Shown in pieces: positions 53,873-63,289 of a stretch of 64,000 nt of DNA. The stretch comes from a virus, in the IMG/VR virus record IMGVR_UViG_3300047462_000185, positions 1-64,000 of that record, one strand, 5' to 3'. Under the pieces are notes generated by a model, which had not been told where the DNA came from, ran no database searches, and was given only the letters and a program-made list of their open reading frames with translations. The translations under genes were made by a program, and so were the position numbers. The stretch's first letter is position 1; each line of letters opens with the position of its first letter.

Positions 53873-54670
53873 CTATGCGGGGACGGCCTGCTCTTCTGCC
53901 ATTTGGTTCCTCACGAATTCCTGGTAGCTCATGATCGAGCGTTCGATCGTAGCGGCGAGCTGTTCCAGGTGGGCGGCCTCTTCGGCATTGTCACCTGGTG
54001 TCAGCTTCTTCTGCATGATCTGGATCGCTTCAAGCAGATTGAGTCCAGTGACCGCGGCGATTGCCTTGGCCGTCTTCGTGGGGTGAAGTGCTGCGACGGT
54101 TGTGCGCCGCAGGTTCTGTGCGATTTCCACGTAGGTGTTGTAGTATTGCCCACGCGGTTTAAGCACGGCATCGTCGGGGATCAGATCGCATTTCAGCTTG
54201 GTTGCGGCGTCGGCCAGGGTGAGGCCCTCAAGCTCGGCGCAAACGCGCACCGAGGCCCAGTCGAAAACCTTGCGATATCCTTCCGGCACTTCGTCCGTGA
54301 TGCAATTGTTCATGGCTACCACGATCTCGGCCGGCCCGACCATGACCCCTTTGGTCGCACCGAAGACGACCTCGGCGCGTTGCGACATGGCAAGCGACTC
54401 GATCTCAGGGGTGCGGTCATGGGTTGGCATGTCGGGGTGGCTACGCCACTGCATCAGGGGCGCGGCCAGGTAGGCGCTCTGGTTCGGGGGCAGCGGATCA
54501 TAGAGACCGAGCGTTGCTGCGAGCTCATCGAGCGCTGCTACCAGGTTCCCTGGCATTCCGAACCGTGCCGCTTCGAGCAGCACGAGCCGGGTGAATTCGC
54601 CGGGGTTTGCGATGATCTTGCGTCCCAACGCGGATGCCGTCATGACTTGTGCAACAGATGATGACATCAT
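53873..54670 (-). CDS. Hypothetical protein (paralog of 52555-53154)
   Basis: AGGAG RBS; shared motifs with the paralog. Confidence 0.75.
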   Translation of the reverse strand: MMSSSVAQVMTASALGRKIIANPGEFTRLVLLEAARFGMPGNLVAALDELAATLGLYDPLPPNQSAYLAAPLMQWRSHPDMPTHDRTPEIESLAMSQRAEVVFGATKGVMVGPAEIVVAMNNCITDEVPEGYRKVFDWASVRVCAELEGLTLADAATKLKCDLIPDDAVLKPRGQYYNTYVEIAQNLRRTTVAALHPTKTAKAIAAVTGLNLLEAIQIMQKKLTPGDNAEEAAHLEQLAATIERSIMSYQEFVRNQMAEEQAVPA

Positions 54671-54739
54671 GTTCTCCTGGTCGGCACGCGGGATTGCGTG
54701 CCGGGCAACAGCTTTTCAATGGCTATGCCACTCAGGCGA

Positions 54740-55300
54740 TCATCTCGGATCGCCTGGTTCGCTGTTGAGGATTTCCCATCCCTTCCCTTCCTGACCTGGG
54801 TGGACCGGTGCATACCGATGAACCTCCGGCTTGCCGATCGCCAGTCCTTGTTCGCGCTCGATATGCTCTACAAATCGCATGAAAAGCGCTCTTCTGAACT
54901 CGGGATTGGTTTGCAGCAGTCGTCGGAATTCGCCGTAGACCTCGTTGTTGCTACGGGCATTTATCAGGACACGGGTGGGGACAGGATCATAGTGCAGATC
55001 GAATCTGAGCTCGAATTTCACGAGTGGCAGTTCGATTGTGTCAGTCTCTTTCAGCCGTTTCAGATCAACGGTTGAAAGAGCCATGTCGAACAGACCCTCA
55101 AAGGTGAGGGCCTCGTCGTGGTCGGCGAGCGGCTTGATGATGATTTCATCGCCACCCTCGTCGCAGAGCAGGGTCGGTTTTTCGAACCTGACTGCCATAT
55201 TGATCAGATCGATTTCGTCTTCGGTCTGCATCACGTCCAGTAGTTGCGCCATCGAAAGTTCGAGGCGTTTCATGCCGGATTTGTAAACTGAGAATTGCAT
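54740..55300 (-). CDS. Hypothetical acidic protein
   Basis: Clean ORF in operon orientation. Confidence 0.6.
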   Translation of the reverse strand: MQFSVYKSGMKRLELSMAQLLDVMQTEDEIDLINMAVRFEKPTLLCDEGGDEIIIKPLADHDEALTFEGLFDMALSTVDLKRLKETDTIELPLVKFELRFDLHYDPVPTRVLINARSNNEVYGEFRRLLQTNPEFRRALFMRFVEHIEREQGLAIGKPEVHRYAPVHPGQEGKGWEILNSEPGDPR

Positions 55301-55309
55301 TGGGTTCGC

Positions 55310-55813
55310 CTATGCTGGTGGAACAAGTGCGGGATAGCGTGACCGAGCCACGTCTGTGACGTCGATCTGCGCCACGCTTCCGAACGATCCTCTGGTTGTC
55401 ATGTCGTGGACCGCATCGCGGAGCGATTCGACCAGTTGGTGGACATCGACCGTGACGCGCTCATGCGCTTCGCGGCTGCCGCCCTGCCAGGCATCGATCA
55501 CTTCGCAAGCCTCCTCGCCGGACGTAACGCCGTCGATGAGAAGGTCTGTCGTTGCGGTCAACGTGACATCCACGCGCGCCGTGTATTGTTCTGGTCGCGG
55601 CGTGAACAGAGGCAGGTCGTCATCGTCCGCCCGATAGAGCGAGACGGTGGCGACGAGATTTCCAAGCATTCTCACTTGCACGTCCTTCTCGAACGAGAGC
55701 GCGACAAGCGTCTCGACCGGATCGGTGTGCGGGTGCAGCCGAGAGACAAAATCATCGAGGCCGAGGACACTGGTTGTGCCGTCGGCATGATGAATTCGGA
55801 ATGACGGTGGCAT
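55310..55813 (-). CDS. Hypothetical protein, first gene of the leftward arm
   Basis: AAGGAG RBS. Confidence 0.65.
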   Translation of the reverse strand: MPPSFRIHHADGTTSVLGLDDFVSRLHPHTDPVETLVALSFEKDVQVRMLGNLVATVSLYRADDDDLPLFTPRPEQYTARVDVTLTATTDLLIDGVTSGEEACEVIDAWQGGSREAHERVTVDVHQLVESLRDAVHDMTTRGSFGSVAQIDVTDVARSRYPALVPPA

Positions 55814-56209
55814 TCCTGTCTCCTTCGATTGTTTGGGGGTGTGACGAGTCCGAAACGGCAATCGTCACGGAATAGATATGGTGCGCAGATCGGCCAAAAT
55901 CAACGAGTTGGGGCCTGGCGACTCATTTGCATGTGTTTTTTTGTTCGGGCTTGCACGGGCGCCGGGTGCGGGATTAGGTTCTCGGCTTCGGTCCAAATGA
56001 AAACCCCCCGGCCTGGCGGGCCGAGGGGTCTGAAGGGATCGATCAATTCGCTTGGCTGTTACCGCAGCCTTGCGGCGATGCTGGGGGCGTCGGCCCCGGC
56101 CCGGACTGATCCCGAGTCGCTTAGGCTTGGGATATATGGGCTTTTCAGCCTCGTCGCAAGGCCTTCCGCAACGCGAAAGCACACATTGCTGTGTTTTCAT
56201 GGAGGGTCG
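55814..56209. promoter_or_regulatory. Divergent control region
   Basis: Strand switch; candidate promoters TTGCAC-N18-TAGGTT (+, 55951-55980) and TTGATT-N17-CATATC (-); operator variants at 55922-55935 and 56180-56193. Confidence 0.55.
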
Positions 56210-57277
56210 ATGCATTCGTCGTTCAACGCCCCGGCCTGCTCTTGGGCATTTTCAATCACAGCGCCCTCGGCGCACGCAAAGCTGCTGTTGGTAGCGGTGG
56301 CTGCGCATGCGGATCAGGACGGGCTGTCGAAGGTCTCGATCACGCGGTTGGCCGAGATGACGGATATGAGCTTGCGGGGCGTTCACAACGTCCTGGCCCA
56401 ACTTGAGCGGGCACGCCTGATCGCCGGCGAGCGAGTGCCGGGCATCGTGACGGCCTACAGAATCAAATGGCGTGGCACCGCCAAGGAAATGGAGACCCCT
56501 GCACCGGATGCAGGGGTGGTTGTCGGAACTCCTGCACCGGATGCAGGGGTGGTTGTCGGAACCCCTGCACCGGATGCAGGGGTGGTTGTCGGAACCCCTG
56601 CACCGGATGCAGGGGTTCGCGCGCGCGTAGATTCTGAATCTCAGAGAGAGAAAGAAAGAAAGGAAGTAAGCAAGTCCTCAGATTCTTCTCCGCTTCGCTA
56701 CGAAGAATCTGAGACCCCCCTGCCCCCCACAGAAATTCCGACAGCGGCACAACTCGCCAAGGCTGAGATTGGCGGCAGGATGCGGGACATTTGGAACGCG
56801 GTGGTCAAGCCGTTCCCGCATTTTGCCCAGTCGAAGTGGCTCACCCCGAAGCTGCTCAATCTCGCGGTCGAGCGGTTCCAGCACGAGTTCAACCGCAGCT
56901 TCGAGCAGTGGGAAGCCTATTGCCGCAGGTTGACCAGGAACGCGTGGCTCCGCGGCGAACGTCCGGACGACAGGTCGTGGCGCCCCAGCATCGAGTGGGC
57001 CATCCAGGCCGACACGGTGCTGAAGGAGGCCGAGGGCCGCTACCCGCCCGACCCGGAGCCGAAGCCCCAGGTCGTGCAGCCGATGCACGACGTCGATCCC
57101 ACCCAGGACCCGATCTGGGGCAAGCCGAACAGGATCAAGCTCGAGATCGCGCTGGCGATGCAGCGCCCCGTGATCGACGACGCCAAGCTCCAGGAGCTGT
57201 CGCGCGACTACAAGGCGGCGCTGGTCGAGGCCAGAGCCGCCCAGGCCGCGCTGAGCGGGGCGGTGGCCCATGTCTGA
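56210..57277 (+). CDS. Replication initiator (lambda O-like, N-terminal winged HTH)
   Basis: AKLLLVA.A.HAD..G...SITRLA..T.MS.R.V...L..LE...LI; internal iterons; upstream of primase-helicase. Confidence 0.85.
   Translation: MHSSFNAPACSWAFSITAPSAHAKLLLVAVAAHADQDGLSKVSITRLAEMTDMSLRGVHNVLAQLERARLIAGERVPGIVTAYRIKWRGTAKEMETPAPDAGVVVGTPAPDAGVVVGTPAPDAGVVVGTPAPDAGVRARVDSESQREKERKEVSKSSDSSPLRYEESETPLPPTEIPTAAQLAKAEIGGRMRDIWNAVVKPFPHFAQSKWLTPKLLNLAVERFQHEFNRSFEQWEAYCRRLTRNAWLRGERPDDRSWRPSIEWAIQADTVLKEAEGRYPPDPEPKPQVVQPMHDVDPTQDPIWGKPNRIKLEIALAMQRPVIDDAKLQELSRDYKAALVEARAAQAALSGAVAHV
56495..56616. repeat. Four 33-bp-period palindromic iterons (probable origin)
   Basis: ACCCCTGCA-CCGGA-TGCAGGGGT at 56495, 56528 (one mismatch), 56561 and 56594. 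Confidence 0.9.
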
Positions 57278-59177
57278 CGCTCGGCCCGACGAGACCCTGG
57301 AAGATGCGCTGGGGCGGCACGGCATCCAGCTGCCCGGCGCGCCCAAGGCTGGGCACACCTACGGCGGCCCACGCGACCGGCGCCAGGTCATGTGCCCGCA
57401 TTGCAATGGCGGGAGGTCCCGCGAGGCCAACTTCTTCGTCACGATCGACGCGGACGGCCAGGGTGCGGTGTGGGTGTGCCATAGCGCCAAGCGCTGCGGG
57501 TGGACCGGGTCGGTGCGCCTGCAAAATGCACCCCATATCAAGCGCGCCAAGGCGCCTCGCCCGATCCGCCGGCCAGAGCCGGAGCGTGACCCGCAGCTGC
57601 CCGAGCAGACCATTGCCTACTTCGCGGCGTTCGGGGTGCCGCTCGAGACGCTTGAAGAGTTCGGCGTGTTCCGCACCGTGCGGCGCTTTCCGGTCATGGA
57701 CGCAGAGGGGCGCTTCACCGACGAGAAGCTGCCTCGCCCCTGTATCGCCTATCCGTATTACCGCGGCGGCGAGTTGGTGAACTGCAAATACAAGACGGTT
57801 TACCCCAGCGGGAAAAAGGCCTTCGCGCAGGAGTGGGGCGCCGAACGGACGATGTTCAACATCGATGCGTTCGAGTCGGATGACATCGGTTACATCGTCG
57901 AGGGCGAGGACGACGTCCTGGCGATGCGACAGTGCTACCGCCAGGTCACCACGCTGCCCGACGGCAGTCCTTCGGCCAAGAAGCACGAGGAACCGGAGCA
58001 GCCCTACGACCCTGACCAGGACGACGATGATCGCTACGAGGCGCTGCGCAACGAGCCGAAGATCTTGAACCTAAAGAAGGTCGTGCTGTGCGGCGACGCC
58101 GATGAGGCCGGGGCGCGGCACATGGAGCAGATCGCGCGGCGCATCGGCAAGGAGAAATGCTGGATCGTGCGCTGGCCCACCAACTGCAAGGACGCCAAGG
58201 ACACGTTGAGGCTATATGGGCCAGAGGCATTGTTCGCCACGGTCGAGGCTGCGGTGCCCTACCCGATCGACGGGTTGGCCGATGTCGATGACGAGGAGAT
58301 CGCCAGCTATAGAGCCGGCCTCGACGAGAAGCGCATCACGTGCGGCATTTCGCAGATCGACCGCTACCTATCGCTCGCCGATTCGGGTCGCAACTTCATC
58401 GCCTGCACCGGGATACCGGGTCACGGCAAGACCGCGTTCTGGGTCGCGTTATCCGTGCTCTATGCTGAGACCAACACCGACTTCCACACCGTCATGTTCT
58501 CGGGCGAGATGGAGGTGAAGGAGATCGTCGCGGCGATCGCCTCGGCGCATACCCAGAAGCCATTCTTCGATGGGCCGGCCGGCGAGGGCATCAGCACCGA
58601 CGAGCTGGTCGATCATGTGCTGCCCTGGATGCGGCAGCACTACACCTTCATCGAGCCGGAGGACAGCAGGGGCGACAGCCCTCCGGTCGACTGGGTCGTC
58701 GAGAAGGGCCGCATCGCGATCCGGCGCACCAAGGCTAAGCTGTTCATCGTCGATCCGTGGCAGGAGATGGACATGTGCTACCCGGAACGGTGCAGCAAAT
58801 CCATGTCGGCCTGGATCGGCGATCAGCTGCGCAAGTTCCGCTACTTGGGCCGGACCGAGCGGTGCAACGTGGTCTGTGTGGCGCACCCGTCGAAGTTGAG
58901 GCGCGACAAGGACGGCAAGCTGCCGATCCCTGAGGGCTACGATATCATGGACAGCCAGCAGTGGTTCTCGGTGAGCCGCACCGGCATGACGATTTACAGG
59001 CCGGGCGATGACAGCAGCCCCGAAATGAAGGTGCGGGTCTGGAAGGCGCGCTACAGCCAGTTCGCGATGAGGGGCGACACCTCGGTGCGGTTCAACAAGA
59101 CGACGAAGCGGCTCTACCCCCCTCTGACCCAGGCCGACATCGATTCGGGGCGCGCCTGGGGCAGCGACGCGGCTTAG
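57270..59177 (+). CDS. T7 gp4/Twinkle-like primase-helicase
   Basis: CPHC...CH...C zinc finger, TOPRIM IVEGEDD/GDADEAG, Walker A GIPGHGKT, FIVDPW, VAHP.K. Confidence 0.95.
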   Translation: MSDARPDETLEDALGRHGIQLPGAPKAGHTYGGPRDRRQVMCPHCNGGRSREANFFVTIDADGQGAVWVCHSAKRCGWTGSVRLQNAPHIKRAKAPRPIRRPEPERDPQLPEQTIAYFAAFGVPLETLEEFGVFRTVRRFPVMDAEGRFTDEKLPRPCIAYPYYRGGELVNCKYKTVYPSGKKAFAQEWGAERTMFNIDAFESDDIGYIVEGEDDVLAMRQCYRQVTTLPDGSPSAKKHEEPEQPYDPDQDDDDRYEALRNEPKILNLKKVVLCGDADEAGARHMEQIARRIGKEKCWIVRWPTNCKDAKDTLRLYGPEALFATVEAAVPYPIDGLADVDDEEIASYRAGLDEKRITCGISQIDRYLSLADSGRNFIACTGIPGHGKTAFWVALSVLYAETNTDFHTVMFSGEMEVKEIVAAIASAHTQKPFFDGPAGEGISTDELVDHVLPWMRQHYTFIEPEDSRGDSPPVDWVVEKGRIAIRRTKAKLFIVDPWQEMDMCYPERCSKSMSAWIGDQLRKFRYLGRTERCNVVCVAHPSKLRRDKDGKLPIPEGYDIMDSQQWFSVSRTGMTIYRPGDDSSPEMKVRVWKARYSQFAMRGDTSVRFNKTTKRLYPPLTQADIDSGRAWGSDAA

Positions 59178-59237
59178 CGGGCTTGCGAAACACATAACCG
59201 TGTGGTTTGTTGCGAGTCCCTTCATCCAGGAGCGATC

Positions 59238-59603
59238 ATGAGCGAGACCCAGACGCCACAGCCGGTCGACCCATCAGCGGCGGCGCCGGCGACGTTGTCC
59301 AACGATGACCTCGCTTCGGCCCTCCACGCGGCGCTGAGTCTGCCGGAAGGCCATCCCGCTGAAGGGCTTCTAATGGAGGTCGTGGCCCGGCTGCGTGCCT
59401 CGGGTGAGCTGGATACCGAAGACAAGGCCGTCGCCGTTAATCAAACCTCAGTCGGCACGGCTTACGGCGCCACCTTTCTGGATGGCATCGAACATGCCGC
59501 GAAGTTCGTCGAGGCCGGCGCGCTGGGCTGGCTTACCGGTCGCGCCCAGCAGGTCGCAGCGCTGATCCGGGACAGCGGAAAGGCCGCGGCTTCCAAACAG
59601 TGA
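59238..59603 (+). CDS. Hypothetical protein
   Basis: AGGAG RBS; operator-like palindrome at 59191-59204. Confidence 0.7.
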   Translation: MSETQTPQPVDPSAAAPATLSNDDLASALHAALSLPEGHPAEGLLMEVVARLRASGELDTEDKAVAVNQTSVGTAYGATFLDGIEHAAKFVEAGALGWLTGRAQQVAALIRDSGKAAASKQ

Positions 59604-60352
59604 AGCCAAAGCCCTTCCCGATCGCGCAGCGCCTGCTACCCCTGTTCCAGAAGGGGATGAAGTCGCAATGGCGCGTGCCGATCTCAACCCACGTCGCGGA
59701 GTTCACCACGGCGTCGCGCGAGTTCTGGCAGCATGGCGATTTCGGGCTGGCGCGGCCTGATCCCGGTGATGCGGACCGGATGGGCGAACATTTGCGCGTG
59801 CCGTGCAAGCACGAGCACGGCCGCTGCAAGGTCTGCGACGAGAAAGGCTGGCCCGAGACGACGCACCGGCTCTACCCACGCATGATGGTCGGCCAGATTC
59901 TTTGGATTCAGGAGGCCTGGGGTTACTGGAAAGGCGCACCGCTGGCGCCCGGCAAATTCGTCGCCAACCCCAAGACCGGCGAGGCTGCGGTCTGGTCTGT
60001 CGACCATAACGGGATTCGCAGCCAGGCCGTGCCGAAATGGCGTCCCGGCCCGCAGATGCCGCGCTGGGCCAGCCGCTACACCATGAAGGTGGTCAGCGTT
60101 CGCATCGAGCGCTTGCACCACATCACTGAGCAGGATGCGAGAGCGGAGGGGATGATCCCCTACCAGGGCGGCTGGGTCTGCGGCTTGCCTTGGGATGGTA
60201 TGCCGCTCGGCAGCGCGGTCGAGGCGTTCCGCTGGCAATGGGACTCTTCCAAATCTCCAGGTTTCCGATCGGACCCCTGGGTCGTCAGGATCGAGTGCGA
60301 CGTTTATCCGGGCAACATCGACAGGATCAAAATACCGGGCCACACCCCATGA
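59600..60352 (+). CDS. ASCH/PUA-like phage protein
   Basis: G.K...R; LWIQEAW; WRP...MPRWASR...VRIERL..ITE.DA.AEG; DPWV. Confidence 0.8.
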   Translation: MKPKPFPIAQRLLPLFQKGMKSQWRVPISTHVAEFTTASREFWQHGDFGLARPDPGDADRMGEHLRVPCKHEHGRCKVCDEKGWPETTHRLYPRMMVGQILWIQEAWGYWKGAPLAPGKFVANPKTGEAAVWSVDHNGIRSQAVPKWRPGPQMPRWASRYTMKVVSVRIERLHHITEQDARAEGMIPYQGGWVCGLPWDGMPLGSAVEAFRWQWDSSKSPGFRSDPWVVRIECDVYPGNIDRIKIPGHTP

Positions 60353-60578
60353 GCGCATCGTTGGGGCGCATGATGACGGGCGGCAGCAACCCGGCCTCGC
60401 AGAAGGCCCGCAAAGAGTGTGACTTCTTCCCGACCCCGCTGGACGTGACACTTGCGCTGCTGCGCGCCGATCTAGGCCCGAAGTTTTTCAGCACCCTGAT
60501 CTGGGAACCGTTCGCTGGCGACGGTGCGATCGCCAGCGTGTTGCGTGCGAGTTGCCATCTGGTGCGCTGCTCTGGCGT
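60349..60578 (+). pseudogene. Truncated phage DNA methyltransferase-like gene
   Basis: DFFPTP...IWEPFAGDGAI (SAM-binding motif), after which similarity stops; no catalytic NPP[FY] motif. Confidence 0.7.
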
Positions 60579-61081
60579 CCTGATTTCCTCAGCCTCGGTC
60601 GTCCCACAATGGAGGCGCAATGGTGCGTCTGGGACTGCGACTATTCCGGCCCGACCCGATACGAACCGCTGCGGCGTCCGAGCCGCGCCATAGGAGAGTG
60701 AGATGGACGAAGACGCTGAATTCTTCGATCGCTTGGGCACTTCGACCGGCCCGAAAATGCATGGGGCGCGGGTCAGCGGCATCGAGTGTGCCCAGCCAAG
60801 CGGACAGCCACCCTCCACCATGCAGTTGAGCGGCCATGATGGCATCCAGCGCTGGGCCAGATCAGGAGACCTGTTCTGGCGGGCCTCGGAAAGTTGCGAA
60901 AGTCTGATGCCGGCGTTCTATCGCTTCGACGCTCTGCCCAACATCGGCCTGGTGGTGAAGCGCACCGCCACGGTATTATGTAGCAACGGGCACCAACTTG
61001 CCGATGCGCGAAGGGCGGCCGATCTGCGAAAATCCGGAGGGAACGTGACGTAGGAGGCGCGCCATGTGGGCGCAGTCCATC

Positions 61082-61903
61082 TTAATCGCCGTATTCGTAG
61101 TTGGGATCATCCACGACCTCGAAGCGGCGCGTCTGCCTGTTATAGCGGCGGCAGAATGCCATATACCTCCGCACGCCAATCCCATCAGCGTATTGAATGT
61201 AACCGATGAAATAGACGAATGCTTGCCCAGCGGCGTGGGCATCGTCCTGCCACTCGCGCAGGCTTTCGGAGTCGAATTGGGCCAATGGAACTCCAGTCCC
61301 CGGTTCGACCGTGAGGCTGCCCATAGACGTCTTTTCGTCGCTGTATTCTGGAATCGGTTCAAGGATTTTGGGGCCAGAGAGTTTGACGGTTGCATTGCTC
61401 TCGGTGATCGTTCCTGGAGTTCCGCCTATGTTGGCGACGATCCATTCTATTTTGAGCGGCCGTCCTGGGCGGGGTTCTTCCAAGCTGATGCGTTTGACAA
61501 CGAGCTTTGGTCGAAAGGTTGCGACAAGGGCCTTCTCGGCCGTGTCGGCCGATTTGAGAGCGGCATTAGCCGCACTGGCGGCGTCTTTCGCGCCAGCCTG
61601 GATCAAACTCAACTGCCAGACGAACAGCGCAGCCTGCCCGATCGCAACGAGGACGAGCGCCAGTGTCAGGGTGGTGATCGGCTCATACGTCGAAGGAGCC
61701 CAGAGGGATTCCCCTATCTTCTTGTCGCGATCTACCTCATTGGGATTTCCGGCGTGTTCACCGTTCGTTGGATAATGAACGGTTCGGACGGCAAAAACAG
61801 CCATGACCAAGATACAGACAACGAGGAGCGCGACTAGCGCGGTCTGCGTCCGTTCGATCTTAGAGGTCTTCAAGCCTAACCCCGTCCATCCCCAACGCAG
61901 CAA
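61082..61903 (-). CDS. Hypothetical membrane-anchored protein (start uncertain)
   Basis: TM segments then RPKLVV...IANIGGTPG...FIGYIQYAD. Confidence 0.6.
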   Translation of the reverse strand: MLRWGWTGLGLKTSKIERTQTALVALLVVCILVMAVFAVRTVHYPTNGEHAGNPNEVDRDKKIGESLWAPSTYEPITTLTLALVLVAIGQAALFVWQLSLIQAGAKDAASAANAALKSADTAEKALVATFRPKLVVKRISLEEPRPGRPLKIEWIVANIGGTPGTITESNATVKLSGPKILEPIPEYSDEKTSMGSLTVEPGTGVPLAQFDSESLREWQDDAHAAGQAFVYFIGYIQYADGIGVRRYMAFCRRYNRQTRRFEVVDDPNYEYGD

Positions 61904-62099
61904 GCGTAGCCAGCAAGAAAGTCGCGGTCAGCGTGCCACGACTTAGCTTGTTGGTGATCGACGCTTCTGTCTCCTTCAAGCCGTGCTGATCCAGCCGGCG
62001 CGCCAGTTCGGCGTAGGTGACGCCCGCCCGCTTCAACTCGGCCTTCAAGAACCGGGTGGCCTTATCAGCCAGCTCCTTCTCGGTCGCGGCCAGTCCCAT
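61860..62099 (-). CDS. DUF6471-like small HTH protein
   Basis: LKAELKRAGVTYAELARRL...ETEASITNKLSRGT...FLL; divergent from the transposase. Confidence 0.75.
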   Translation of the reverse strand: MGLAATEKELADKATRFLKAELKRAGVTYAELARRLDQHGLKETEASITNKLSRGTLTATFLLATLAALGMDGVRLEDL

Positions 62100-62203
62100 A
62101 GCTACCTCTCAAAATCAGCGGCAGCCCATCATATCCGATATTTTCCTGTAGACAAAGGCTGCTTGTCCTCTCACTATCGGTCGGTACCAACCGATAGTGA
62201 TAG

Positions 62204-63178
62204 ATGCCTCAGCACTTCCTCCTGTCAGCAAAGGCCCGGACGCTCTCGCTAGCGTCGGTGCTGCGCATGACGGACGAACAGGCTGAGACGGCCTTCATCC
62301 GCATCCGCTGGGCGGCGACCGAAGGCAAGCCGGTGTGCGTCCATTGCGAGTGCCCGACCGTGTGGGACTGCCGCAAGGCGAATGGCTTGCCCCGCTGGCG
62401 CTGCAAGGCGTGCCGCAAGAGCTTCTCAATCACCAGCGGCACGATCTTCGCTTCCCGTAAGATGCCGCTGCGCAACTACCTCGCGGCCATCGCGATCTTC
62501 GTCAACGAGGTCAAGGGCAAGTCGGCGCTGGCGCTGTCCCGCGATCTCGGGTGCCAATACAAGTCGGCCTACGTCCTTGCGCACAAGCTGCGCGAGGCGA
62601 TGGCGTCCGAGTTGAAAGGGCTGCGGCTGGGCGGTCCCGGCCGCGTGGCCGAAGTCGATGGCGGCTACTTCGGCGGCTACGTAAAGCCGTCCAACCGCGT
62701 CGAGAACCGCCGTGATCGCCGACTTGCCAAAAACCAGAACGGCAAGCGCCAGGTGGTCGTCGTGGTCCGCGAGCGCGAAGGCCGCACCCTTCCCGCAGTG
62801 TTCAAGTCGGAAAGCGCCGCACTCGGCTTCATCGCCCGCAGCGTCGCCAAGGACACCCAGATGATGGCCGATGAAGCCCCGTCATGGAACGGGCTGCATG
62901 CGCGGTTCGCCATGCAGCGGATCGACCATCAGGCGATGTATTCGGACCGGGCCGGGGTCTACACGAACGGAGCCGATCGCCAGGGCGAGACCGAACCGGA
63001 GCAGGACAAGGTCTCAGACATCATCGCCGGGCGCGCGCTGGCCTGTCTCGAACACGTCCGGAAGGTGCGGTTCGGCGAGGCGTCGGCAAATTTCCAGATC
63101 TCGGATAGCGACAATCTTCCCCTCATCGTGAATATCACGGTCAGCCTCGACCGCAACAAATGGACGCGGCACACCTGA
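62204..63178 (+). pseudogene. IS1595-family (ISXO2-like) transposase, 3'-truncated near 62975
   Basis: Zn ribbon CVHC...C..C, EVDGGYFGG, MADEA, YTNGA; the expected ES.FSR..R catalytic-Glu segment is absent. Confidence 0.85.
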
Positions 63179-63289
63179 TGTCGTTCTGGGTGGTAAGCGT
63201 CATCGTCGCGCCGCTCGCGGCCGAAGTCGCCGCCGCCTATCTCGACTGCCGACACTGAGTAGTCACTAAACCCCGGACAGGAACATCAC

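Larger units (their letters stand above)
60579..62975. mobile_element. Partial IS1595-family element with passenger genes
   Basis: Begins CCTGATT (as recalled for IS1595-group ends) exactly where MTase similarity stops; contains the transposase and divergent passenger genes; no right end found. Confidence 0.55.

Noticed and set aside
56495-56616. CRISPR-like regular repeat
   Set aside because: The intervening 10 bp are identical, so there are no spacers; the repeat is in frame within the initiator gene and no cas genes are present.
60703-61053. 116-aa ORF and a possible second IS end (GGTATTAT near 60972)
   Set aside because: No recognisable motifs and no partner repeat found; insufficient support.
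61064-61837. 257-aa plus-strand ORF
   Set aside because: Antisense to 61082-61903, which has the more protein-like sequence.
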